Below, in pieces: positions 46,641-57,186 of a stretch of DNA of 64,000 bases. This stretch comes from a virus. The stretch lies in the IMG/VR virus record IMGVR_UViG_3300046820_000975, positions 1 to 64,000 of that record. The stretch is one strand, 5' to 3'. The translations under genes were made by a program, and so were the position numbers. Every line of letters starts with the position of its first letter. The first letter of the stretch is position 1. The notes beneath the pieces were generated by a model, which was given only the letters and a program-made list of their open reading frames with translations, made no database searches and had not been told where the DNA came from.

Positions 46641-47012
46641 ATGAAGAAAAAAGCATTCTACGAAAAACTTGGATACATGTATGTATCAATCTCTGTTAAG
46701 TTAAACAGGTTCAATCTATTACCTAAATTAGCTGACTATCTATTAGATAGAGGCTCCTTGTATTATATACATGGTGGTAAAAAGATTATAAATGATAAAC
46801 CAGCTTTGAAAGAAGAGTGGATGTATGATTGGAGATTTCACTTCAACCCTTATACTCAAGAGTGGGTTGCTTATCATGTGGAAGATTCACGTCAATATCT
46901 TAATGGTAAAGAAACTAAGCATGTTGTTATCAGAACAAAAACGCTTGAAGCAATGCTTACAACTTTATTGATTGTTCATAACAAAGATCACAAGAACTTA
47001 TATGGTTGTTAA
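46641..47012 (+). CDS. Hypothetical protein
   Basis: WRFHFNPYTQEWVA motif. Confidence 0.55.
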   Translation: MKKKAFYEKLGYMYVSISVKLNRFNLLPKLADYLLDRGSLYYIHGGKKIINDKPALKEEWMYDWRFHFNPYTQEWVAYHVEDSRQYLNGKETKHVVIRTKTLEAMLTTLLIVHNKDHKNLYGC

Positions 47013-47211
47013 AATTGTAAAACCAGGTGGTGAAATGTTTGATTTTGACTCCAGAAATGGAGAAATACCAAACAAGAATGAAACACTTTTATTAGATGGT
47101 GAAGTATTTGTTGTACGCAGCAGAACTTTGTTTTTAGAATCTGACCCTGTTAGCAAGAAAATAGTAACGTCTGGCGTTAGTATTTTATTAAGCTATAAAG
47201 AACTTGCATAA
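47002..47211 (+). CDS. Small hypothetical protein (likely start MVVKIV)
   Basis: Stop overlaps the TerL ATG. Confidence 0.5.
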   Translation: MVVKIVKPGGEMFDFDSRNGEIPNKNETLLLDGEVFVVRSRTLFLESDPVSKKIVTSGVSILLSYKELA

Positions 47212-49412
47212 TGTATCGTAGTATACCCACATATAATGACACAACTGGTGAGTGGTCACACACAGATTTTGGAACACGTGAAGAGTTTGTAGAATTTTTG
47301 TGGTCTATATTCAAAGAACCTGGCTTGTATAACTTTGATGAAACATCATTAAAGTTTAATGAGCAAGCACGTATCTTTAACAAGAATGGATTCTACTGTG
47401 TAGCACCAAACAGAAGTAAGGACTTTGTACAGTACTGGGATGACCAAAAAGATAAATGCAGAAATGGTGTTATTTATATTGGTAAATCTGGCACATGGTA
47501 TCTACCACGTGGATATTACATGTGGTTAAACTTCTTACCTATCTATAATAAAGAGGTAGCCAAGTTTACATTTGCTGATGTTAGAGATGCACAGTACCAT
47601 ATGGCATTGTATGAAGAGATTGCAAAACACTCTTATAAACATGTGGCAATCCTTAAGAAACGTCAGATTGCGTCTTCTTACTTCCACGCTGGTATTTTAA
47701 TTAACTCATTCTGGTTTGAAGAAGGTTCTATCAATAAGATTGCTGGTTCCTTAAAAGATTACATTAATGAGAAAGGTACATGGCGTTTTTTGGAAGAGTA
47801 CAGAAACTTCCTGAATACACATACAGGTTGGTATAGACCATGTAATCCAGATAAGGTACTTAACTGGGAACAGAAGATTGAGGTAAACCAAGGTGGCAAA
47901 AAACGTGACGTTGGTTTAAAATCAGTTGTTATTGGTACAGCGTTAGATAAAGATCCAACAAATGGTGTCGGTGGTCCTTGTTCTATCTTCTTTCATGAGG
48001 AAGCAGGTATTGCTCATCAAATGGGTACAACACTAGAGTATTTGCTACCTGCCATGAAATCTGGTATGATCTATACAGGTATGTTTATTGCAGCAGGATC
48101 TGTGGGTGATTTGGAACAATGTGAACCTTTGAAAGATCTTATACTAAATCCTGACGCAAAAGATGTACTTAAAGTAAGTACAGATCTGTTAGATGATCAG
48201 GGTCAAATAGGAGAATGTGGATTGTTTATACCTGAGCAATGGAGCATGTTACCATGTATAGACAACTTTGGTAACAGTCTTGTTGAGAAAGCAAAAGAAT
48301 TAATTCTGGCAGAACGTATTGAGTGGAAACAGAAACTAAGAGCTGATGAATATCAGTTACGTGTTTCTCAGAAACCTATGTATATCTCAGAAGCTTTCAG
48401 TTCAAGAAAAGCCAGTGTGTTTCCTATGCACTTGGTAACCAAGCAGTTACGCAGAATTGAGGACAAAGAATACTTTACAGAACATCTTGAATTATCACGC
48501 GATGACGCAGGTAAAGTAGTAGCTAAAGAATCACGTAAGCTACCTATCAGAGAGTTTCCTATATCTCCAAAGACACAAGACAAGGAGGGCGTGTTATGCG
48601 TTTACGAAAGACCTGCAAAAGATCCTGCGTTTGGAACTTATTATGCAAGTATTGACCCTGTATCTGAAGGTAAAACAACAACATCAGATTCATTGTGTTC
48701 TATATATGTTTACAAAACTAGCTTAGAAGTAACAAAGCATAAAGCTGATGGTACAATAGAACAGTCAATTGAAAGAGACAAAATTGTAGCTTCTTGGTGT
48801 GGACGTTTTGACGATCTTAATAAAACGCATGAACGTCTGGAAATGATTATTGAGTGGTATAATGCTTGGACAATTGTGGAAAATAACGTTTCTTTGTTTA
48901 TCCAGTACATGATATCACGCAGAAAACAAAAGTATTTGGTACCAAAAAGCCAGATTATGTTCCTTAAAGAACTAGGTTCTAACTCCAATGTATACCAAGA
49001 GTATGGTTGGAGAAACGTAGGTAACATCTTTAAAGGAAACTTGATATCTTATGCTGTGCAGTTTTTGGAAGAAGAGATACACCATGAAACTAAAACTGAT
49101 GGGGAGATTGTTAAAACTACCTATGGTATTGAGCGTATCCCAGATATCATGTTATTAAAAGAAATGCAAGCTTACAGAGATGGATTGAACGTGGATAGAC
49201 TAGTAAGTTTTTGCGCATTGGTGGCATTTGCAAGGGTTCAAGAGTCAAACAGAGGATATTCACGTCGTGTTGAACGAGAAGACACCAGTAATTTGGATAA
49301 CTTGTCTAAAAGAGGTATATTAAGTATGAACCCCCACCATAATAACAGAAGGGGGCAAACAACTGTTTCACCATACCACAAACCTCGCAATCCATTTAGA
49401 AACCTACGTTAG
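47211..49412 (+). CDS. terL: Terminase large subunit
   Basis: LKKRQIASS Walker A-like, FFHEEAG Walker B, SIDPV, IVENN and DRLVS nuclease motifs; precedes the portal gene. Confidence 0.88.
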   Translation: MYRSIPTYNDTTGEWSHTDFGTREEFVEFLWSIFKEPGLYNFDETSLKFNEQARIFNKNGFYCVAPNRSKDFVQYWDDQKDKCRNGVIYIGKSGTWYLPRGYYMWLNFLPIYNKEVAKFTFADVRDAQYHMALYEEIAKHSYKHVAILKKRQIASSYFHAGILINSFWFEEGSINKIAGSLKDYINEKGTWRFLEEYRNFLNTHTGWYRPCNPDKVLNWEQKIEVNQGGKKRDVGLKSVVIGTALDKDPTNGVGGPCSIFFHEEAGIAHQMGTTLEYLLPAMKSGMIYTGMFIAAGSVGDLEQCEPLKDLILNPDAKDVLKVSTDLLDDQGQIGECGLFIPEQWSMLPCIDNFGNSLVEKAKELILAERIEWKQKLRADEYQLRVSQKPMYISEAFSSRKASVFPMHLVTKQLRRIEDKEYFTEHLELSRDDAGKVVAKESRKLPIREFPISPKTQDKEGVLCVYERPAKDPAFGTYYASIDPVSEGKTTTSDSLCSIYVYKTSLEVTKHKADGTIEQSIERDKIVASWCGRFDDLNKTHERLEMIIEWYNAWTIVENNVSLFIQYMISRRKQKYLVPKSQIMFLKELGSNSNVYQEYGWRNVGNIFKGNLISYAVQFLEEEIHHETKTDGEIVKTTYGIERIPDIMLLKEMQAYRDGLNVDRLVSFCALVAFARVQESNRGYSRRVEREDTSNLDNLSKRGILSMNPHHNNRRGQTTVSPYHKPRNPFRNLR
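49292..49329 (+). promoter_or_regulatory. Putative late promoter for portal, inside the terL 3' end
   Basis: TTTG upstream of GTATATTAAGTATGA, which matches motifs at 52241 and 57821. Confidence 0.45.
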
Positions 49413-49437
49413 GTAAATCACACAATATTATAAGAAT

Positions 49438-52170
49438 ATGGCACTAGTATATAATGCAATGCAGTTAAAGAATGGGGCGAAAGCAGAGTACAACCGTATG
49501 GGTACTTTGACTCAACCTGTTCAATTTTTGCCACGTGATGAAAAAAGTGATTCATGGGGTGGATGGAACATGGACTGGTTAGAGATGCAAGGTCTCAAAC
49601 AGTTAAGACGTAATGCACGCAGATTGTTAAAGAACTATAAATTAGCAAATGGTGTTATTGACAGAACTGACTACATTATTGAAGAAGATAATGAAATGGC
49701 AGATCTTATTGAAACCTTGACTAAAGAAGATCAAAGTGCGTTTGAATTAAAGTTTTTCCCAATTGTACCAAACGTATTAAATGTATTAACAGGAGAATTT
49801 GCTAAACGCAATGATCGCATTATTTATCGCGCTGTTGATGAAACGAGCTTCAATGAATTGTTGGAAGCAAAACGTACTATGTTGGAAGAATCGCTTGTTG
49901 CACTTGGTGAACAAAGGATGCAAGAAAACATTCAAAAGATGGGCCTTAATCCTCAAGATCAACAACAAGCACAACAGATTCAACAAATGATGTCTCCTGA
50001 GAGCATCAAGAGTTTACCAGAAATTGAAGAGTTTTTTAAAAAGGACTATCGTTCTTTGGTAGAAGAATGGGCAACTCACCAACACAAAGTTGATGAGGAG
50101 CGCTTTTATATGAAAGAATTAGAGAATCTTGCATTCAGAGATATGCTTATTACAGATCGTGAGTTCTGGCATTTCAAGATGAATGAGGATGACTATGATA
50201 TTGAGATTTGGAATCCAGTATTAACATTCTACCACAAATCTCCTGATGCACGTTACATTTCACAATCTAACTGGGCAGGACGTATGGATCTTTTAACGTT
50301 ATCTGACGTTATTGATAAGTATGGTTGGATGATGTCTGATGATCAGTTAAAGTCTTTGGAAGCTATTTATCCTGTAAAATCTGCAGGTTATATGATTCCA
50401 GGTGTACAGAATGATGGTAGTTACTATGATCCTACACGTTCACATGAGTGGAACGTACAAGGACCATCATTAGGTATGCGTCAGTTCCTTAGCGCACGTG
50501 ATACATTTGTTAATACAGGTGATGATATTATCTTCCGCATTCTTAATGAATCAGAAGACTTGCAAGATTTAAGTAATTTGAATTTGCTACGTGTAACTAC
50601 TTGTTATTGGAAGAGCCAACGTATGGTTGGTCATCTAACTAAAGTAGATGAGGAAGGTATGTTGGAAGATATGATTGTAGATGAGAACTACAAAGTAACA
50701 GTTAAACCAATATATGACACGTCTGTGTTTAAAAAGAAATCACGTGAAACATTAGTTTCTGGTGAGCACATTGATTGGATCTGGATTAATGAAGTTTGGG
50801 GTGGTGTCAAAATTGGACCAAACAGACCAAGTTTCTATGGTAACGTTGATAACATGGGATTCTCTCCTATCTATTTAAATGTTAAACCAGTTAAGTTCCA
50901 GTTCAAAGGTGACTTTACTTTATATGGTTGTAAGCTTCCAATTGAAGGTGCTGTATTCTCTGATCGTAATACAAAGAGTACATCATTAGTAGATAAGATG
51001 AAACCTTACCAGATTGGCTATAATCTAGTTAATAACCAGATTGCTGATATCTTGGTAGATGAATTAGGTACTGTAATTGTACTTGATCAAAATGCATTAC
51101 CACGTCACTCAATGGGTGAAGACTGGGGTAAGAACAATTTCTCAAAAGCATTTGTGGCAATGAAGAATTTCCAGATGCTTCCTTTAGATACTACAATTGC
51201 TAATACTGAAAGCGCTACTAACTTCCAACATTATCAAGTGTTGAACTTAGATCAAACTAATCGTTTGATGACACGTATTCAGTTATCTAACTACTTTAAG
51301 AGTCAGTGTTTTGAAGCTATTGGTGTTAATCCTCAACGTATGGGTACACCTATTTCACAGCAAACTGCTACTGGTGTAGAACAAGCAATGAACGCTTCTT
51401 ACTCACAAACTGAGATGTACTTTGTACAACACTCAGAATACTTAATGCCACGTGTACACCAAATGCGTACAGACTTGGCACAGTACTATAACTCTAACAG
51501 ACCATCTTTACGTTTACAATACGTAACTAGCTTGGATGAAAAAGTTAATTTCCAAATCAATGGTACTGAGTTACTTGCACGTGATTTAAATGTATTTGCT
51601 ACAACACGTGTTAGTCAGCGTCAAGTTATGGAACAAATACGTCAACTTGCATTAAATAACAATACTGCAGGTGCTTCTATTTATGATTTGGGTAATATCA
51701 TCAAAGCTGATTCATTAGCTGAGATTACACATGTTATGAAGGGTATTGAAGAGAAGAATACAAATGCTAAGCAGCAAGAACAACAAGCAATGCAAGAGAC
51801 TGAGAAAATGAAGCAAGAAGCAGAAAATCAACGTCAAGAAGCAATGCTTAAATTCCAAGCTGAACAAAAAGCATTGGATCGTGCAAATGATATCCAAGTT
51901 GCTGAAGTACGTTCTGCTGGTTACACTGCTATGCAAGACATGAACAAAGACAACCAATCAGATTATATTAACACACTTGAATACTTGGATAAGAAGCGCG
52001 CACGTGAAACAGATCAAGCTTTATCACGTGACGCAGCTTTAACAAAACAAGCGTCTGAGCAACAAAAACTTGATTTGAAACGTCAAGAAATTGCATCACG
52101 CGAAAGAATTGCAGACAAGCAAGTTCAAGTTGCACGTGTGAACAAGAACAAGTACGACAAAAAAGATTAA
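49438..52170 (+). CDS. Portal protein
   Basis: 910 aa after TerL; FPIVPNVLNVLTGE, WIWINEVWGG, SLVDKMKPYQ, GVNPQRMG motifs; coiled-coil tail. Confidence 0.85.
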   Translation: MALVYNAMQLKNGAKAEYNRMGTLTQPVQFLPRDEKSDSWGGWNMDWLEMQGLKQLRRNARRLLKNYKLANGVIDRTDYIIEEDNEMADLIETLTKEDQSAFELKFFPIVPNVLNVLTGEFAKRNDRIIYRAVDETSFNELLEAKRTMLEESLVALGEQRMQENIQKMGLNPQDQQQAQQIQQMMSPESIKSLPEIEEFFKKDYRSLVEEWATHQHKVDEERFYMKELENLAFRDMLITDREFWHFKMNEDDYDIEIWNPVLTFYHKSPDARYISQSNWAGRMDLLTLSDVIDKYGWMMSDDQLKSLEAIYPVKSAGYMIPGVQNDGSYYDPTRSHEWNVQGPSLGMRQFLSARDTFVNTGDDIIFRILNESEDLQDLSNLNLLRVTTCYWKSQRMVGHLTKVDEEGMLEDMIVDENYKVTVKPIYDTSVFKKKSRETLVSGEHIDWIWINEVWGGVKIGPNRPSFYGNVDNMGFSPIYLNVKPVKFQFKGDFTLYGCKLPIEGAVFSDRNTKSTSLVDKMKPYQIGYNLVNNQIADILVDELGTVIVLDQNALPRHSMGEDWGKNNFSKAFVAMKNFQMLPLDTTIANTESATNFQHYQVLNLDQTNRLMTRIQLSNYFKSQCFEAIGVNPQRMGTPISQQTATGVEQAMNASYSQTEMYFVQHSEYLMPRVHQMRTDLAQYYNSNRPSLRLQYVTSLDEKVNFQINGTELLARDLNVFATTRVSQRQVMEQIRQLALNNNTAGASIYDLGNIIKADSLAEITHVMKGIEEKNTNAKQQEQQAMQETEKMKQEAENQRQEAMLKFQAEQKALDRANDIQVAEVRSAGYTAMQDMNKDNQSDYINTLEYLDKKRARETDQALSRDAALTKQASEQQKLDLKRQEIASRERIADKQVQVARVNKNKYDKKD

Positions 52171-52240
52171 CAAGATAGCGTTATAGTGCATATTTAATAC
52201 ACTTTACCTTTCTAAAATGTAAATCTTTCAAGTTTATCTT

Positions 52241-52255
52241 GTAGATTGTATATGA
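52241..52255 (+). promoter_or_regulatory. Putative late promoter for scaffold and capsid genes
   Basis: GTAGATTGTATATGA. Confidence 0.45.
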
Positions 52256-52279
52256 AGATAAATTTAAACCAACTATCTT

Positions 52280-53521
52280 ATGAGTATTGAAAACAAAAAC
52301 ACTACAGTTGATAGTGTTACAATTGACAGCATTGATGACTTTTTACCTATGCCAGGTGCTGAATCAATAGTAACACCAGAAGGTGGTGAAGAAGAAAAAC
52401 CAGGAATTTTTTCAGCTCCTGGAAAAACAGTTGACATGGGATTCCTTGAATCTGATAAAGATGATGAGGAAAAAGAACCAACAGCAACTGAGAAAAAAGC
52501 TGAAACAGCACAAGCATTAGCTGCTTTAGATTCAGAACTTGAAGCTGCTGCAGAAGATGAAGAAGCTGGAAAACCTGGACGTAAGCGCTTAGACAAAAGT
52601 GGTCTAGTAGATACATTCAGTAAACTCATCGAAGAAGGAATGATTGTTCCTTTTGAAGATGAAAAACCTTTGGAAGAGTATTCTATTAAAGATTGGAAAG
52701 AGTTGCTTCAAGCAAATTTTGAAGAACGCGAAAGATCAATTAGAGAACAAACTCCAAAAGAGTTCTTTGAATCTTTACCTCAAGAGTTACAGTATGCAGC
52801 TGAGTATGTTGCACGCGGTGGACAAGACATGAAAGGTCTTTTCCAAGCTTTAGCTCAAGTAGAAGAAGTACGTAACTTAGATGTCAATGAACCTGGACAT
52901 CAAGAAATCATTGTACGTCAATACTTACAAGCAACTAACTATGGTAATGGAGATGCAGATCTTATTGAAGATCAAATTACTGAGTGGATGGAAATGGGTA
53001 CACTAAGTAAAAAAGCACTTCAGTTTAAACCAAAGTTAGATCAAAAGCAAGAAGAAATTGTTCAATATAAACTTGCACAACAAGAAGCTTTCCGTCAACA
53101 ACAAGAAGAACAAAAACGTGCCTACATGGACAACATTTATCACACCTTGAAACCAGGTGATTTAAATGGTGTTAAGTTGGATGGCAAACGTCAGAAGTTC
53201 TTATGGGATGAATTAACTACTGTAAAGTATGCTTCAATGACAGGACGTCCAACTAACTTGTTGGGTAAATTGTTAGAAGAGCATCAGTTTGGTAAAACTC
53301 CTCGTTATGACTTGATTGCAGAAACACTTTGGTTATTATCTGATCCAGATGATTATAAAGAAAACATTCGCAAGCAAGTTAAATCTGAAGTTACACAGGA
53401 TACAGTACGTAAACTAAAAACTGAAGAAGCACGCAAAATTGCTAGTTCTAATAAAGACGAAGAGGATGAAAAGCCAATCTCACGTAAGATTCCACGTCCT
53501 GCAAACATTTTTAAACGTTAA
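52280..53521 (+). CDS. Acidic scaffold-like protein
   Basis: D/E-rich and helical, located between portal and major capsid genes. Confidence 0.6.
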   Translation: MSIENKNTTVDSVTIDSIDDFLPMPGAESIVTPEGGEEEKPGIFSAPGKTVDMGFLESDKDDEEKEPTATEKKAETAQALAALDSELEAAAEDEEAGKPGRKRLDKSGLVDTFSKLIEEGMIVPFEDEKPLEEYSIKDWKELLQANFEERERSIREQTPKEFFESLPQELQYAAEYVARGGQDMKGLFQALAQVEEVRNLDVNEPGHQEIIVRQYLQATNYGNGDADLIEDQITEWMEMGTLSKKALQFKPKLDQKQEEIVQYKLAQQEAFRQQQEEQKRAYMDNIYHTLKPGDLNGVKLDGKRQKFLWDELTTVKYASMTGRPTNLLGKLLEEHQFGKTPRYDLIAETLWLLSDPDDYKENIRKQVKSEVTQDTVRKLKTEEARKIASSNKDEEDEKPISRKIPRPANIFKR

Positions 53522-53552
53522 CCTTAAACAATAAACAAAATAAACAATTACT

Positions 53553-55199
53553 ATGTCAACACCTGTTTTAAACAACGGACTGTTCCTACGCGATACTAAC
53601 TACAAGGTTAGTTCCCATGTGGACAGCTACCACTTGGTGAACATGCTAAAGAACACTGAACCTATGGATTTAGGTCCAGTTGATCTTTGGGCAATGACCC
53701 AAAAGGTAGAAATGCCTCTTTATCAGATGGCATCATTTGGTGGTAAAAACACCATTTTAGTAGACAACGCTCGTGGCGAGTACAAATGGCAAACTCCTAT
53801 CGTACAGGATTTACCTTACATCGTTGAAGACGTTGAACCTACAAACACTACACTTGGTATTGATGGTACTACCTTCAAAATCAAATTAAACAAGCGTGCT
53901 TTTGGTCACGGTGATATCATCACTTATGACAAGTACAAGGGATTGGAAATGTACATCGTTGCTGATGACATTCTTCCTGGCGCTGATGGATTTATCTACA
54001 CTGTTCAGTTGGTTAACAACAACAGTACTGCTTCTTTGGATAAGAAGTATTTGAAACCTGGTACTAAGTTCTTCCGTAAAGGTTCTGCTCGTGGTGAATA
54101 CGGTGAGCGTTTCTCTGACATTGGAGAATTGAACGCTGGTTTCCGTGAGTACTACAACTTTGTTGGTGGTGCTGAAGCTCACGTTCACTATTCAGTATCT
54201 TCTCGTGCAGAGTTGATGATGAAAGGTGGTTTGAATGCTGATGGTACAGTTCCTGTAACTGAGATCTGGCGTTCATTTGACTCAAATCTTGCTAACGATC
54301 CTTCATTGACTAACATTGATGCGATGGTTAACAAAATGGGTAAAGACTACATCAAGAAAGCTTATGACAATGGTACATTGACTCGTACGTTCTTGACAAA
54401 GATGGAAGCTGCTCACTTGAGCAAAGTTGCTAATGACATCGAAACTTACTTAATGTGGGGACAAGGTGGAAAGATTAAGCAAGATGGTCCAGATGATATC
54501 CGCTTGTCAGTGGGTCTTTGGGGTCAATTGGATAACTCTTTCAAACGTGTTTACAATAAGTCTGGTTTCAGTCTTGAGTTGTTCCGTTCTGAGATCTTCA
54601 ACTTCTACAATGGTAAGGTTGAATTAAAAGGACCAGATCCTCAACGTCAGATCATTGTACAAACTGGTATGGCTGGTATGCGTTTGATCAACGAAGCAAT
54701 CAAGAAGGAAGCTTTCACAGCTAACTTAGGTGGTGGTCTTATCGCAAACATGGATAAATCAGGTGTTGGTGCTATTTCTGGTAACAACTCTATGGATTTG
54801 AACTTTGGTTTTGCGTTCACTAGCTACACAATTCCATTCTTAGCTAACGTTAAGTTTGTATTGAACCCAGCTTTTGATAACGTTCATACCAACGATATTG
54901 AGAATCCAATCATTGATGGATATCCATTAAGCTCTTACAACTTCATCGTGTTTGATATCACTGATAACACAAATGACAACATTTACTTGTTGAAATTGAA
55001 GTGGGATAGCGAAATGAGATGGTTCTACCAAAACGGTACTATGGATTACATGGGACGTACGCAAGGTTTCGCTTCTAGTGGAAACTTCAACGGATACCGC
55101 GTATTCATGACACAAACAATGCCTTCTATCTGGGTTAAAGATCCAACGAAAGTATTGAAGATCGTTATGCGTAACCCAATCACTGGTGGTTCATTCTAA
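53553..55199 (+). CDS. Major capsid protein
   Basis: Position after portal and scaffold, high-expression codon bias, YLMWG, GLWGQL and IWVKDPT motifs as in crAss-like capsid proteins. Confidence 0.82.
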   Translation: MSTPVLNNGLFLRDTNYKVSSHVDSYHLVNMLKNTEPMDLGPVDLWAMTQKVEMPLYQMASFGGKNTILVDNARGEYKWQTPIVQDLPYIVEDVEPTNTTLGIDGTTFKIKLNKRAFGHGDIITYDKYKGLEMYIVADDILPGADGFIYTVQLVNNNSTASLDKKYLKPGTKFFRKGSARGEYGERFSDIGELNAGFREYYNFVGGAEAHVHYSVSSRAELMMKGGLNADGTVPVTEIWRSFDSNLANDPSLTNIDAMVNKMGKDYIKKAYDNGTLTRTFLTKMEAAHLSKVANDIETYLMWGQGGKIKQDGPDDIRLSVGLWGQLDNSFKRVYNKSGFSLELFRSEIFNFYNGKVELKGPDPQRQIIVQTGMAGMRLINEAIKKEAFTANLGGGLIANMDKSGVGAISGNNSMDLNFGFAFTSYTIPFLANVKFVLNPAFDNVHTNDIENPIIDGYPLSSYNFIVFDITDNTNDNIYLLKLKWDSEMRWFYQNGTMDYMGRTQGFASSGNFNGYRVFMTQTMPSIWVKDPTKVLKIVMRNPITGGSF

Positions 55200-55215
55200 C
55201 TAATTGTGTATCTTT

Positions 55216-55372
55216 GGGGAGATAATCTTCTCCCCATTGACTACACATAACAATACTCCACCTCCCGTCAGTACTACTGACTTTTCTTTTCTGCCTGGCG
55301 AAATCCAGGCAACTCCTGTAAGCAACACCTTGACGTGGTTCAGGAGCTTAGGCGCAAGCTGACCAACGTTGC
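55216..55372 (+). ncRNA. Structured intergenic RNA element downstream of the capsid gene
   Basis: Five consecutive hairpins plus a possible GCAAC/GTTGC long-range pair. Confidence 0.45.
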
Positions 55373-55407
55373 AAAAATTTAAAAACCCACAAACCAACAA
55401 TCTCCGT

Positions 55408-56421
55408 ATGGAAGTAACAATGATTGAGAAGCACAATTCTCTAAAAAGAAATGCTAGTATTAGCATTCGCCCTTATGTAGACAATACCTATGCAAACATG
55501 GGATTGGAACGCTACAACATGACGCTCTTTGAAGGATGTTTTCACGAAGAACCACTTATGTGTCTTGAAAACAATGGTATCAGACGTTACGTTACAGGTC
55601 TTAATGAGTTCGCACCAGAACTTAAAGATTTGGATAATGATGAAAGAGAAGCTGCAATTAAGCAGATACGTATTACAGTTGCGCAATTAGAAAAAGAATT
55701 AGCGTCAAATGTGATTGATCCAAATGATAATGAGTTTTGGAATAAAGTTAAATTGCTACGTCCTGACAATGCAGAATTCTGGGAAAAGATTGTTTTGCGT
55801 TTAGGTAATGATCCTGTGTTTTTGGATCCTGCTAAAGATCCTTATGATCTTATCAAGATGAAAGCAATTGAAGCAGGTGGATTTTCTATGATTGCGAAAT
55901 CAATGGAAGAGGCACGCAGAATTACTGGTTCTAAATTCTATTTAGATAAGTTTGAAGAAACTGCTCAAATTCGTACTGAAGTTAAGAAGTTGCGTAACAA
56001 AGCTCTTGCAGAATTGCAGAAGTTGTTTGATAAAAATCAAAACAAGTTATTCTACGTTTGTAAGATTGTTGATCCAAATTCAACACAGTATCGTAAAACT
56101 ACACCATCAGATATCATGTATGATAACATGGATAAATATATCAATGGTGAAGGAGTAGATAAGGATAAAAAGAAAACAGCACAACGTTTCTTAGATGTTG
56201 CAAATCTAGACATGGAAACATTAAAGATGCGCGCAATCGTAAAAGATGCAAACTTCTACAAGTTAATTGCAACACGTGGTGATGGTTTTATTTATCACAT
56301 GAAGAGTGCTACAATGGTAGGTAAAAACCCATCAGATGTAGTAGAGTATTTGAAAAATCCACTTAATGAGGAGATCTTAATGGATCTTACAAAGAATGTG
56401 GAGAAAATGTGGAACCAATAA
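55408..56421 (+). CDS. Conserved structural-module protein; likely start MEVTMIE
   Basis: Follows the capsid gene; YVTGL motif; AAACCAAC leader before ATG 55408. Confidence 0.65.
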   Translation: MEVTMIEKHNSLKRNASISIRPYVDNTYANMGLERYNMTLFEGCFHEEPLMCLENNGIRRYVTGLNEFAPELKDLDNDEREAAIKQIRITVAQLEKELASNVIDPNDNEFWNKVKLLRPDNAEFWEKIVLRLGNDPVFLDPAKDPYDLIKMKAIEAGGFSMIAKSMEEARRITGSKFYLDKFEETAQIRTEVKKLRNKALAELQKLFDKNQNKLFYVCKIVDPNSTQYRKTTPSDIMYDNMDKYINGEGVDKDKKKTAQRFLDVANLDMETLKMRAIVKDANFYKLIATRGDGFIYHMKSATMVGKNPSDVVEYLKNPLNEEILMDLTKNVEKMWNQ

Positions 56422-56480
56422 AATTATACCTGAGCGGGTATAATTTGATTAGAAATACTTAAATTATACCCTAACGGGTA
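56421..56480. repeat. Tandem palindromic element, two copies 40 nt apart
   Basis: AAATTATACC-TGAGCG-GGTATAATTT and AAATTATACCCTAACGGGTA. Confidence 0.65.
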
Positions 56481-56487
56481 CACGCAT

Positions 56488-57186
56488 ATGAACAACAACC
56501 TATTACAAATCAAGTTTAAAGAACGCTTAAACAAATTAGCGTCTTTGGATTATGACAACATTGAATGTTGGCAGATTACTGAAGCTTTCAATAAAGCTCA
56601 GCTAGAATGGGTACGTCGTCAAGTTAATGGTATTAACCAGTCAAAAGCAGGTGATGAATCAACAGACATGAAGATTGATGATTTGCAAATACTTCTGAAA
56701 TCAGATATATTGACAACTGCTAAATACCCAACTTACAATGAGACTGAGTTTTTACCAGCTGATTATTTATACTTTAAACGTATAGGTGCAGAAGCAAAAA
56801 CTGAATGTTGTCCTAATCGTGCAGTAATTGCTTATTTAGCTGCTGAAGCAGACGTAGACAATTTATTAGCTGATGTATTACGTGGTCCAAGTGCTGAATG
56901 GGGTGAAACATTTGCTACATTTATAGGCAACAGAGTACGTATTTACACAAATGGTAAGTTTGATATTGAAAATGCTAAGTTAACTTATTATCGCAAACCA
57001 CGTCCAATCAGCTTTTATGGTTGTATGGATATTGCTACAAACACATTATCAGCAAATGTTGAGTGTGAATTTAAAGATGATATAGTTGAGTTAATTATTG
57101 ATGATGCTGTAAGTATTATTGCTGGTGATATTGAAAGTTCTAACCAGTATTCACGTAACAAAACAAATTCAAATCTTAATACATAA
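56488..57186 (+). CDS. Head-tail adaptor/ring protein (crAss-like)
   Basis: FNKAQ, LPADYL, LTYYRKP, CEF...ELIIDDAV motifs. Confidence 0.65.
   Translation: MNNNLLQIKFKERLNKLASLDYDNIECWQITEAFNKAQLEWVRRQVNGINQSKAGDESTDMKIDDLQILLKSDILTTAKYPTYNETEFLPADYLYFKRIGAEAKTECCPNRAVIAYLAAEADVDNLLADVLRGPSAEWGETFATFIGNRVRIYTNGKFDIENAKLTYYRKPRPISFYGCMDIATNTLSANVECEFKDDIVELIIDDAVSIIAGDIESSNQYSRNKTNSNLNT

Noticed and set aside
2492-49412. Introns or inteins in nrdJ, PolB, DnaB or TerL
   Set aside because: ORFs are continuous and of ordinary length with no visible splicing motifs.
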